Shown here piece by piece: positions 16,357 to 24,542 of a stretch of DNA of 38,212 nucleotides (position 1 is the first letter of the stretch; each line of letters starts with the position of its first letter). This DNA is from a virus (lineage: Duplodnaviria; Caudoviricetes), in IMG/VR virus record IMGVR_UViG_3300016665_000162, positions 1 to 38,212 of that record; one strand, written 5' to 3'. The notes under the pieces were generated by a model, which was not told where the DNA came from, searched no databases, and saw only the letters and a list, made by a program, of their open reading frames with translations. The translations under genes and the position numbers were made by a program.

Positions 16357-16408
16357 AAAAAACCCTCGGAAGAGTGGGTCACACAGTCCCGAGGGAAAGG
16401 TGACCCAC
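16357..16408 (-). terminator. Interlocking stems plus U6 after MCP (terminator/pseudoknot-like)
   Basis: GTGGGTCAC/GTGACCCAC and CCCTCGGGA/TTCCGAGGG followed by TTTTTT. Confidence 0.6.
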
Positions 16409-16422
16409 CACAGGCCACGAAA

Positions 16423-17403
16423 TCAGGCCACCATGCGTCCCTGGAACTGGGCGCCGTTGCAGGTGAGGTTGCCAGCCCATGCCAGAATCTGCACTTCTGC
16501 GTCCTGGTTGATGGAGTAGCGGCGGTTGGGGCTCAGCGGAACCATGTTGCGCTGCGCGTGCGGACGCCACTTGAGGTAGCGCGTGTTGAGGAAGAAGCCG
16601 GTGTTGGCCGGGCAGAAGCCGCCAATGCCGCCGTCCAGCACCACGTCCGCGTCCATGAACTTGATCGACGGGAAGCCGAGGTTCGCGGAGTCGGGCGAGG
16701 TGAAGCGCTGGATGGCCTGCAGGCTGGCCATGTAGAAGCCCCAGTAGTTGCTGTCGAACACGATCAGGTCTGGGCGATCGGTGCCGCGCACCGTCGAAGA
16801 CCAGAGGTTGTTCATGCAGCTCTGGATGTTGCTGGCCGAAGCCGCGCCGCCGGTGAAGGTCGACACGTCCAGCAGCTGCGAGCGCCAGAAAGTCCAGGTC
16901 ACGCGGTCGATGCCGCCGTAGGAGCCGGTCGAGGGGCTGGTGGGCACCGCGGCGCCCAGGCCCGTCACTTCCTTGCCGCCCGAGCCCGTGCCGTCGCTGT
17001 AGACCGACTGCGCGAGCTTGTTCACCATCGTGGCCTCGGCCACGTTGATGCGCGCCTCCATCAGGTCGATCATCTGCTCCTTGCCGGCGTTCTGCAGCAT
17101 CTCCAGGCCGGACATGACGACCGGAACAGCGAACTGCTTGATGTCGAACTGGGCAGCCGAGATGACGTCCTGCGCAGCGACGGGCAACAGGTCATAGCCC
17201 GAATAGAAGCCGGCGTTGCCGTTTTCGGCAAAGCTGAGCTCCTCCAGGATGACGTTGCCGCCCGAGATGGTCTTGATGTTGCCGCGCTGGTTCAGCTTGG
17301 CGAGCAGGGCGTTGTTCTTGGTGACGTTGTCAGCAATCGCTCGCGACCGGTTCTGGATGGTCGTGGCGATGATGTCGGTGATCGACGAATTGGCAAATGC
17401 CAT
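16423..17403 (-). CDS. Major capsid protein
   Basis: MAFANSSITDIIATTIQNRS...ADNVTKNNALL...YGGIDR...GNLTC; strong codon bias; follows scaffold. Confidence 0.9.
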   Translation of the reverse strand: MAFANSSITDIIATTIQNRSRAIADNVTKNNALLAKLNQRGNIKTISGGNVILEELSFAENGNAGFYSGYDLLPVAAQDVISAAQFDIKQFAVPVVMSGLEMLQNAGKEQMIDLMEARINVAEATMVNKLAQSVYSDGTGSGGKEVTGLGAAVPTSPSTGSYGGIDRVTWTFWRSQLLDVSTFTGGAASASNIQSCMNNLWSSTVRGTDRPDLIVFDSNYWGFYMASLQAIQRFTSPDSANLGFPSIKFMDADVVLDGGIGGFCPANTGFFLNTRYLKWRPHAQRNMVPLSPNRRYSINQDAEVQILAWAGNLTCNGAQFQGRMVA

Positions 17404-17570
17404 GATGAAACTCCATCTGAGTTGGGAATGGCCTTGCGGCCGCCTTGTCAGATGCGCCTACGCGAACCGTCTTCAGTCCGTGTTGCCGTAGGTGGGCCGC
17501 GTTGCGCGGCTCCTATGAGCTATCGGTGGCTGGGGTGCTCTGGCACACCAAGTGCGGTTTCCCGCACCAC
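17404..17570 (-). ncRNA. Candidate structured 5' leader RNA of the capsid gene
   Basis: Consecutive stems including GTGCGG-GAAA-CCGCAC, GGCC-GCAA-GGCC, CCTACG/CGTAGG, and CATCTGA/TCAGATG abutting the SD. Confidence 0.5.
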
Positions 17571-17576
17571 GTCTTG

Positions 17577-17585
17577 ATTATCACA
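17577..17585 (-). promoter_or_regulatory. Extended -10 element (TGtGATAAT) upstream of capsid leader
   Basis: TGnGATAAT just after the scaffold stop; no good -35. Confidence 0.45.
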
Positions 17586-17589
17586 TCGC

Positions 17590-18729
17590 TCAACGCGACG
17601 ATTGGGCAATCGCAGCCTCAATGGCGCTGCGCACGTCCGTCGGGTCTTGCCTGAGCGCGCCCATGGGGGCGGCGCCCGACACGCTCACCGCGGTAGCTCG
17701 AGCTCGTTGCGCGGCCTGCGTCTGCTGCTGGGCGCCGGCCTGGCGCGCGCGCTGCTGCAGCACCTTCAGCACGTTGTCGTTGAGCCGACAAGCCTTCCTG
17801 TAGGCATCCGTCAAGCTCATGCTCTCGCCGCGGCGGTGTGCCGTCTCCAAGATGTCGGCCATGTCCGCGCGCACGTCCTCGCCGAACTCGGCGCGCGACA
17901 GGAATTGCTCAACTTCTGACTGAGCCTGCTGCACCACGCGCTCCTGCTGGGCCTGTTGAGCCTGCTGGAACTGCTGGAACATCTGCTGCATAGGCGCCAG
18001 GCGCTGGTCCAGCACCTGCTGCAGCGCCGCCTGCTGCGGATCGACCTGCACTGGAGCGCCGGCCAGCGCGCTGTCTAGGGCCTCAATGAACCCGTTGCCA
18101 AAGCGGCCCACGCCAAACTGCTTGACGATCCCGGCAACCATCTGCGCAATTTCGGGCGCCGTGCCCGTGCGCAGCCGCGCGGCCGTGCTCATCAGGTTGT
18201 CGATCGCCTGCAGCGGGTTGCTGTTCTCAGCCCGGATGAACGCCTCGTACGGTTGCACCACGCGCATGACCGCGTCGTAGCCCTTGCGCGCTTCGGCAGA
18301 CTCCTGCAACACCCGGTTGAGCTCGCCCTCGCGGCGCTGAATCTCAGCCCTCACAGGCTCCGGCAGCTGGCCCCAGTGTTCGCGCACATCGGCCCGCCAG
18401 GCCGCCGGCGCACGCTCTTGCTGCTGCGGCTTTGGACCAGCCTTGGGTCCAGGCTGAACCCCCTCCTGCGGCTGCTGCTGCTCGCCCTGCTTGGGCTTAA
18501 ATCGGCCCTGCTCGTCGCGCGCACGTTGTTGAAGACCTTGTTGTTTGTCGCCTTCAGCCAGCTCCGACAGGCTCTGATCGGCGCCGGCGTTGGCAGTCGC
18601 GGCCGCAGGCTCGCCAGCTGGCTCTGATGCAGCTGCAGGGAAGGTGTCAAGCGTCTCTACAGGCGCCGGGCTCGGTTCGTCGATCGCGGCCTCAAGGGCT
18701 TCGCGAATGCTCGTGGTGGGTTCGTTCAT
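17590..18729 (-). CDS. Scaffolding protein
   Basis: Acidic disordered N-terminus, RARDEQGRFK, APAAWR, Q-rich coiled coil; immediately upstream of MCP. Confidence 0.8.
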   Translation of the reverse strand: MNEPTTSIREALEAAIDEPSPAPVETLDTFPAAASEPAGEPAAATANAGADQSLSELAEGDKQQGLQQRARDEQGRFKPKQGEQQQPQEGVQPGPKAGPKPQQQERAPAAWRADVREHWGQLPEPVRAEIQRREGELNRVLQESAEARKGYDAVMRVVQPYEAFIRAENSNPLQAIDNLMSTAARLRTGTAPEIAQMVAGIVKQFGVGRFGNGFIEALDSALAGAPVQVDPQQAALQQVLDQRLAPMQQMFQQFQQAQQAQQERVVQQAQSEVEQFLSRAEFGEDVRADMADILETAHRRGESMSLTDAYRKACRLNDNVLKVLQQRARQAGAQQQTQAAQRARATAVSVSGAAPMGALRQDPTDVRSAIEAAIAQSSR

Positions 18730-19058
18730 CAGTGCCTTCTGTGGGTGATTTGATGCATGGCGCGCTCGACGTCTTCGCGCCGAATCGATCCGCCCTGCTG
18801 GTAGTAGCGCTCGCGCGCAGCCTGAGCCTTCGCCCAGGAATCTTGGAAGTCGTCGACCGTGGTCAGGTTGTTGGCACGCATGTACTCGCGGTGCTTCGTG
18901 CGCGTGCTGATGTCGGTGCCGTCGGTTGCGCGCGCGCCGTCGTAGTGCCGGTCGCCCCACAGCACGCCGGCGTCGTTGCGCGTCGGCTCACGGTGATCCT
19001 GCGTGACCTCAATGAGCTCGCCCGTCTCACGGTCCTGGATGTAGCGGCGGCGGGTCAC
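18729..19058 (-). CDS. Conserved hypothetical protein upstream of scaffold
   Basis: DGTDISTRTKHREYMR motif; overlapping start/stop on both sides. Confidence 0.7.
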   Translation of the reverse strand: MTRRRYIQDRETGELIEVTQDHREPTRNDAGVLWGDRHYDGARATDGTDISTRTKHREYMRANNLTTVDDFQDSWAKAQAARERYYQQGGSIRREDVERAMHQITHRRH

Positions 19059-21439
19059 TTCTGCCCCTCTTCCGCCATGGCATTAAGCGAGTACCCAAGC
19101 GCCGCCACGGCGGCAGCAGGCGGCACGCCCTTGCGCATGAGCTCCACCGCGCGCGCCCAGTCGGCCTCGCTGAAGAACTTGCGCATGAGCTGGATGTCTT
19201 CGCGCGCGCCGCCGCCTTGAATCGGGCTCGCGTCGCGCTGCGCCTTGCGGGCGATGACGCTACGCACGTCGGGCGACTCGCTGAGGTTGCGCGAGACGGT
19301 CTGCGACACGCCCTCGGGCAGGTCCGCAAAGCCCTGCAGGATCGAGGTCGTCTTTGCGCCTTCGCCGTACTGGTGCGGGATGTAGAACGACTCCAGGCGC
19401 CCAGATTCGATCGGAATGCCGGCCTTCTGGGCCTGCCTGATTGCCTTGACGGACGCAGCAGGGTCACTGAAGACGGTGTCGAAGTTGGCCACGAGAGCGC
19501 CTCGCGAAGAAGGGCTGACAGACAACCCGCCGCGCAGCGCAGACAGACGCGCGTTCAGCGCATCGATCTCGTCGCCGCTCAGCGGGCGCCGGCCTGTGTC
19601 GATTACCCCCGCCACGCGCTCCGACGCGGGGATGGCGCGCGCCGTGTGCACGATGTGGCCAGCGCTTGCCTCTTGCGCATCGATGCCGCCGCGCAGGTTC
19701 TCGATCGCCTCCAGCACCTTCATGGTGTTGGGCTCGACCGCGTGTTCGCCGGTCTTCATGTCCACGAGCGCCGTCGACACGTTGCTCAAGTTGTTCTCGA
19801 CCTGGCCGGCCGAGTTGGTGTAGCGCCCGATGTGCTCCTGCGCCGGCAGCGTGCGGAACTGCGCAGCGCTGTGCAGAACGTCGCGCTCGCCCGCGCCCAC
19901 ACTGGCTGGCATGCCCGGGTACAGCTTCGCTTCGTCATTGCGAAGCGCCCAGGTCACCGCGCGGCTGTACGCGTCTTTGACCTCGGGCGGCGCGTCATGC
20001 AGCTGGCGCATGTGCCCCACGTTGAACCCGGGCATCTCCTCGTGCGTAGCCGAGAACGAGTGCTTGGGCACCGCATCGGCCATTGTCGCGTTGGCGTCGC
20101 GCAGGGCCTGCACCATGCCTTCACGCCCTTCGGGGTAGCTGTTGCCGGCCCGGCGCGAGTACAAGTCCTGCGCCTTGCCCGAAATCCACGGCACCTCCTG
20201 CGTCATCGGTCCCGTCCAGTCGGTGCGGCCGCCCGTGCCGCGCTGGTTCAGTCTGTCAACCTGCAGCGCCGTCTCGGCGTCTATGAACTGGTGCATGGGC
20301 GACGTCACGCCAGCGCGCCAGGGCTCGCCGCCCGGATGGGTGTAGCCGAAGTTCTGCGCATTGCGGAAGTCGTTGACCCCAAACACGCCCGCCGTGGCCT
20401 CGCGCGGGTCGATCTTGGGCCCATACTCGCCCGTCTTCTCGCCTAGCTTGGCCGGCCGGTTCTCGGCCACCGCTGAGTCCAGCGCGTCGGTCTGCTGCTG
20501 ATATTTGGCGCGGCGAGGGTCGCCAATTGCCCGCGAGGTGCCGTGCTTGAGCGCCAGGTCCGTCTCGCTGTGCGGGCTGACGCCGGCAGAAAACACGCTG
20601 TGCGCCTCCACGTCGCGCCCGATGCGATACGGCTCGCTCGTCTCAGCCATGCCCGCCTTGGCGCGCGGATACCACGTGCCTGCAGGCCGCTGCGGGTCGG
20701 CAAAGTTGATTTCGGTGGCGCTCACCTCGACGTTCTTGTCGAGACGGTTGCGCATGGCCGTCAGAGCCTGCGGGCTTTTGATGTCGCGTGGGCCACCAAC
20801 ATAGCCGCCGTCAGGCGTGCGGTGCAGATGGTCGCCGGCCTTGGCCGCATCCAGCACAGCGTCTGGGCCATCGTTGCGGGCCATCTCGCGGTAGTACGTG
20901 CCTGGGCGCGCCTCGCGCCGGCCGTCAGAGACGTTCTTGGCAGGCTTGGCAGCGTCAGATGCCTGCTCGGCCTTTGCGGCCTTCTGCACCTTCTTCTGCC
21001 GCGCAGCGTCCTCGACCTGCTTGCGACCAAAGTTGGCCAGCGGCTCAGGCGGCCCAACGGCCTCGGCTGGCTTTGCGGCCGTTCGCTCTGCCTGCTCGAC
21101 AGCCGCCTCGACCGCGCCGCGGACAGTGCCGGCACCTTCCTCGGCGGCCTTGGCCTCCTTGCTTGCACGCTTGGCTGCGCCCATCACGCCCTTGGCCACC
21201 AGCGGAGCTGCCGCCATAGCCTTGACCGCCCCTGCAGGCGCCCCGACGAGCGGCGCGTTGCTCAGCGCCGCCGCGTTGCGGTACATCTCCATCCCCAGCG
21301 CGTCTGCGTACTCGGGCGCGTCCAGGCCAAAGTAACCCCGCACGCCCCCGCCAATGAGCTGCCGGGCCGGATCGCCCACGCGCTCCATGTACAGGTCGCG
21401 CCCGCGGCGCAACGCACTGATGACAGCCTGTGCGTCCAT
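19055..21439 (-). CDS. Large late protein with HhH-GPD glycosylase-like central domain
   Basis: 794 aa; WY...SAGVSP...LGEKTG...VNDFR...GY...WTGPMTQEVPW pattern. Confidence 0.7.
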   Translation of the reverse strand: MDAQAVISALRRGRDLYMERVGDPARQLIGGGVRGYFGLDAPEYADALGMEMYRNAAALSNAPLVGAPAGAVKAMAAAPLVAKGVMGAAKRASKEAKAAEEGAGTVRGAVEAAVEQAERTAAKPAEAVGPPEPLANFGRKQVEDAARQKKVQKAAKAEQASDAAKPAKNVSDGRREARPGTYYREMARNDGPDAVLDAAKAGDHLHRTPDGGYVGGPRDIKSPQALTAMRNRLDKNVEVSATEINFADPQRPAGTWYPRAKAGMAETSEPYRIGRDVEAHSVFSAGVSPHSETDLALKHGTSRAIGDPRRAKYQQQTDALDSAVAENRPAKLGEKTGEYGPKIDPREATAGVFGVNDFRNAQNFGYTHPGGEPWRAGVTSPMHQFIDAETALQVDRLNQRGTGGRTDWTGPMTQEVPWISGKAQDLYSRRAGNSYPEGREGMVQALRDANATMADAVPKHSFSATHEEMPGFNVGHMRQLHDAPPEVKDAYSRAVTWALRNDEAKLYPGMPASVGAGERDVLHSAAQFRTLPAQEHIGRYTNSAGQVENNLSNVSTALVDMKTGEHAVEPNTMKVLEAIENLRGGIDAQEASAGHIVHTARAIPASERVAGVIDTGRRPLSGDEIDALNARLSALRGGLSVSPSSRGALVANFDTVFSDPAASVKAIRQAQKAGIPIESGRLESFYIPHQYGEGAKTTSILQGFADLPEGVSQTVSRNLSESPDVRSVIARKAQRDASPIQGGGAREDIQLMRKFFSEADWARAVELMRKGVPPAAAVAALGYSLNAMAEEGQK

Positions 21440-21606
21440 CACTTCCCCTCAGGCTTGTTCGCCGTCTTGGCCGCGTCCTTGAAGTCCTGCGCCGACGGCG
21501 CGCCAGGCGCGCTAGGCTTGCGCATCGTCTCACCGCTACCGGCCGCGATGCGCGCGCGTTTGCGCAGGATGTTGGCGTACAGGCCCGTCTTCATGTGGCT
21601 CGACAT
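21439..21606 (-). CDS. Small basic protein (55 aa; below ORF-track cutoff)
   Basis: MSSHMKTGLYANILRKRARIAAGSGETMRKPSAPGAPSAQDFKDAAKTANKPEGK; GAGG SD; TGATG overlap with next gene. Confidence 0.75.
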   Translation of the reverse strand: MSSHMKTGLYANILRKRARIAAGSGETMRKPSAPGAPSAQDFKDAAKTANKPEGK

Positions 21607-21613
21607 TGGCACC

Positions 21614-21976
21614 TCACTTCAGCATGCGCAGCTTGTAGAGCGTCGTCTGGTACAGCCGCACCACCTCGTCGATCGTGTTCTGCAGCGACGTCTCGTCCTT
21701 GTCGCAGATCTCGTAGCGGTGGCGCTCAATCCACTCGACCTGCGCCTCGAGATAGTCGTCGATCGCGTCGGCAGATGCCGCGGCGGCCTTGGGCTCCATG
21801 CGCTTGCCGTAGTACCCCTGGTACTGCTCGACAAACCCGTCTACGAGCTCGCTCAGGGCCTCGTAGAACGCGCCCAGCGCCATGTGCTCGCTGTAGCTCT
21901 CCGTGGCCCAGTGCGCGATGTGGACCAACGTGCGCGCCTGCAGCTGGCGCGTGACAAAGTCGTTAGCTTTGGTCAT
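21614..21976 (-). CDS. Ferritin/Dps-like four-helix protein (DUF5856-like)
   Basis: HIAHW.T.SYSEH.ALG.FY..L..LVD.FVE.YQG; LQN.IDE...L...TLYKL. Confidence 0.75.
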   Translation of the reverse strand: MTKANDFVTRQLQARTLVHIAHWATESYSEHMALGAFYEALSELVDGFVEQYQGYYGKRMEPKAAAASADAIDDYLEAQVEWIERHRYEICDKDETSLQNTIDEVVRLYQTTLYKLRMLK

Positions 21977-22485
21977 GTCGTCGTGCGCCTGCGGCGCGTG
22001 GTCTTGACAGGCGCAGGCGCCGGCTCGGGCTCAGGCAGCACCTCAGGCTCCACCACCACCACCGGCTTCAGCCCCGCGCGGCCCATCGCCACCCACGGGT
22101 CTTGGTCCGTCATGTCGGACACCGCGAACAGCGCCTCGATCTGCTCCAGCGTGCAGGGCACGCGCGGGCTCGGGTCATCCTCGCTGATCGGCTGCTGGCA
22201 CGCGGCGTAGACGGCTTTGGGGTTGCCGGGGTAGCGTTCGGTGCAGACCCAGTGCCCCTCGCCCTGCGCGTCGGTTTCGTAGACCCAGGTCTGCCAGGGG
22301 GCCAACCTCTCGTAGCCATCGGGCACCGGGCCTGCGGCGATCCAGTGCGTCACCGGGGCCTCGCCCGTTGCGCTCAGGGCGAACCCGAACATATGCTGCG
22401 GGCTGCCCGCGAACAGGTCGGTGATGGCTGACGCCAGAGGCTTGTCGGCGTCGGTGACGATCATGGAGCGGTTGATGGCGGTCAT
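21973..22485 (-). CDS. Hypothetical protein following head fibre
   Basis: MF...LSATGEAPVTHWIAAG motif; ATGA overlaps on both sides. Confidence 0.65.
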   Translation of the reverse strand: MTAINRSMIVTDADKPLASAITDLFAGSPQHMFGFALSATGEAPVTHWIAAGPVPDGYERLAPWQTWVYETDAQGEGHWVCTERYPGNPKAVYAACQQPISEDDPSPRVPCTLEQIEALFAVSDMTDQDPWVAMGRAGLKPVVVVEPEVLPEPEPAPAPVKTTRRRRTTT

Positions 22486-24284
22486 ATCGTGATCCCGGTA
22501 CGTTGAGCGACCCACTGCTCCGTGGCGCTGATCTGGCCGGCGCTGACGGCGCTGCCGACTACGATGAGGGAGTAAAGGTTGCCGTTTAGGAAGACGCTGG
22601 CGTTGTTGCGCGAGCCGATGAATAGCGGGTAGGTGCCGTAATTGCCGGTGCCAGCGTCAGTCGTATCGGTTGCGGCCACCGCGCCATTCAGACGCAATTG
22701 AGTAACATCGCCTGCAATATTTCCGATACCAGTTGCGACGTAAGACGTTTGCGATGCAGCTAGTGGCGAAACGTAAGGGGTGTTGCCGGTGTTTCCTTTA
22801 GATCCCCATCCAAAATTCTGAGCATTTCCGTCTGGCGCGTACATGACAAAAGTGCCAGAATTGGTAAACCACACAGAGGAAAATTCAACAATGGCTCCTG
22901 CGGTGGTGGTTGTTACGTTCTTCCTCACCCCCGCAAACACCGTAGCCTTGTCGGTCCCGCTCAGGTTCACATTCCCCGGCGTAGACATCGCGCTGCTGGT
23001 GCCGTTGAACGCGAGATAGCGCGGGAACCCCACGGCGTCGTAGGTGTTGGCGTCGGCGATGCGTTGGTACGTGTTGGCCGGGAATTGGTTGGTGGCGGTG
23101 AGTTGGGCGCCCCAGAGATAAATCCCGCTTGTGCCGTCACCGTTGTACCCAAGCGTCCCGGTAAACGATGTGGTGTTTGCGGTTGGCCCAATGCGAATGG
23201 TGTTGGTTACGGGCGTTCCAGACGTCACCGTCAAAGCAATCCGCCACCACCCGTTGCCGGCGTTGGAAATTGAAACAGTTGGGCTGCCGTTTGTGAACGC
23301 TGCTGTTCCGGTGGAAAGATCAACAATGATTCCCGGGTTATTTGCGCCAACGATGGGCCACAGAATAAGTACTCTGGTTCGTTCTGCTGCTTTTGCGTAC
23401 ACGGAAAGCGTGTAGTTTACTGAGGCAGTATGCGTAAACAGACCGTAATCGACACTGCAATCGTTACCTACAAAAACGCCCTCAACGATTTTGTCGGCTG
23501 TGTTGCCGCCTAGCGGGTCAGTCGTGGCGGTTGTGTTGGCAGAAACGGTCGTGCGAGTTTTCACCCACGCCGCATTATCAAACTGCTCCGAATACGTCAA
23601 CAAATTCACCCGCGCCCTCAGCTCCGGGCGTGCCGTGGTGTCGTTGGCGGCGATGGCGTGGTTGCCGGCGATGGCTTTGACGCTGACGCTGGTGACGTAG
23701 AACGTGCCGGCGCCGCTAGATACGGCCGCCAGAAACCGAATAGCAGCAGACGTACCAGACGCGCGGAAATAGTAGTTGACCGTCGTGCTGTTGGTACTGG
23801 TGAACGTGATATCGTTCGATGCGCTATCTACGCGCAAAATGAAATTGCTGGCCGTGGTTCCCCTGCGCGCGGTCACCACAATTCGATACCACTGCCCAGC
23901 TACGGTAGTGAGATTGGTGCCTGCGATTCCGTTGAAAAGCGCCGAGTTCAACGTGACTTCAAGTTCACCGCCGACAACCGCAACAGTGTTGGTGCCCTCT
24001 GCGGTCCAGCCGGTCGTTGCCGTAAACCCCGGACCCCCGTTGGTAACCAGCTCACTCCCCAGCACCAACCCCTGACTCTTATCCAGCATCAACCCCACCG
24101 GCACCACGCTGCCCCCACCCGGCGTGCCGCAGGGCGTCGTGCCTGCGCGGTCGGAGAAGAGCGTCGTGCTGTCGCTGGGGTCGTACCAGGCGCCTTGTAC
24201 GGTGCCGCCGAGGAAGAGGGAGGCGGGGGAGAAGGGCGAACCACCCAGCCGGGTGATGGCCAAGCTGATGGTGGACAGCTGCAT
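22482..24284 (-). CDS. Head spike/fibre protein with LamG-like and carbohydrate-binding-like domains
   Basis: GAWYDPSD..TLF, ELVTNG, NLLTYSEQFDNAAW, GNGWWR, IYLWGAQL, LFIGSR...NGNLY. Confidence 0.7.
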   Translation of the reverse strand: MQLSTISLAITRLGGSPFSPASLFLGGTVQGAWYDPSDSTTLFSDRAGTTPCGTPGGGSVVPVGLMLDKSQGLVLGSELVTNGGPGFTATTGWTAEGTNTVAVVGGELEVTLNSALFNGIAGTNLTTVAGQWYRIVVTARRGTTASNFILRVDSASNDITFTSTNSTTVNYYFRASGTSAAIRFLAAVSSGAGTFYVTSVSVKAIAGNHAIAANDTTARPELRARVNLLTYSEQFDNAAWVKTRTTVSANTTATTDPLGGNTADKIVEGVFVGNDCSVDYGLFTHTASVNYTLSVYAKAAERTRVLILWPIVGANNPGIIVDLSTGTAAFTNGSPTVSISNAGNGWWRIALTVTSGTPVTNTIRIGPTANTTSFTGTLGYNGDGTSGIYLWGAQLTATNQFPANTYQRIADANTYDAVGFPRYLAFNGTSSAMSTPGNVNLSGTDKATVFAGVRKNVTTTTAGAIVEFSSVWFTNSGTFVMYAPDGNAQNFGWGSKGNTGNTPYVSPLAASQTSYVATGIGNIAGDVTQLRLNGAVAATDTTDAGTGNYGTYPLFIGSRNNASVFLNGNLYSLIVVGSAVSAGQISATEQWVAQRTGITI

Positions 24285-24288
24285 GGCC

Positions 24289-24531
24289 TCAGTACAGGGC
24301 GATGATGTTGGACGCCGTCGTGCTCGTCGATCGCACCCGGCTCGCGCGCACGGGCAGGATGCTGCCCTGAGGCACATTGCTGAACGTCAGCGTGTTGCCA
24401 CCCACGATCAGGCTGATGTTGCCGCCCGTGCCCACGTACAAGGCCCGGCACGGTGCGCCCGTCAGGTCAGCCGAGTCGCTCGGGGTCACGGCCAGCGCGT
24501 TCTCGGCCGGGTCGCTGAATGCTGTTGCCAT
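24289..24531 (-). CDS. Head-spike base protein (RcGTA Rcc01079-like)
   Basis: AVTPSDSADL...RALYVGTGGNI...TFSNVP.GSILPVR..RV.ST.TTAS.IIAL. Confidence 0.8.
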   Translation of the reverse strand: MATAFSDPAENALAVTPSDSADLTGAPCRALYVGTGGNISLIVGGNTLTFSNVPQGSILPVRASRVRSTSTTASNIIALY

Positions 24532-24542
24532 CTCTCACTCCT

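Noticed and set aside
16357-16422. HDV-like/theta ribozyme
   Set aside because: Lacks the nested P1.1/P3/P4 order and J4/2 catalytic strand
15833-16425. -1 frameshift fusing MCP to the decoration protein
   Set aside because: The -1 frame has a TGA at 16379-16381 before the downstream ATG, and no slippery heptamer is evident
17455-17495. Hammerhead ribozyme (CUGAAGA) in capsid leader
   Set aside because: No correctly placed GAAA and stem arrangement; the bases fit a simple hairpin
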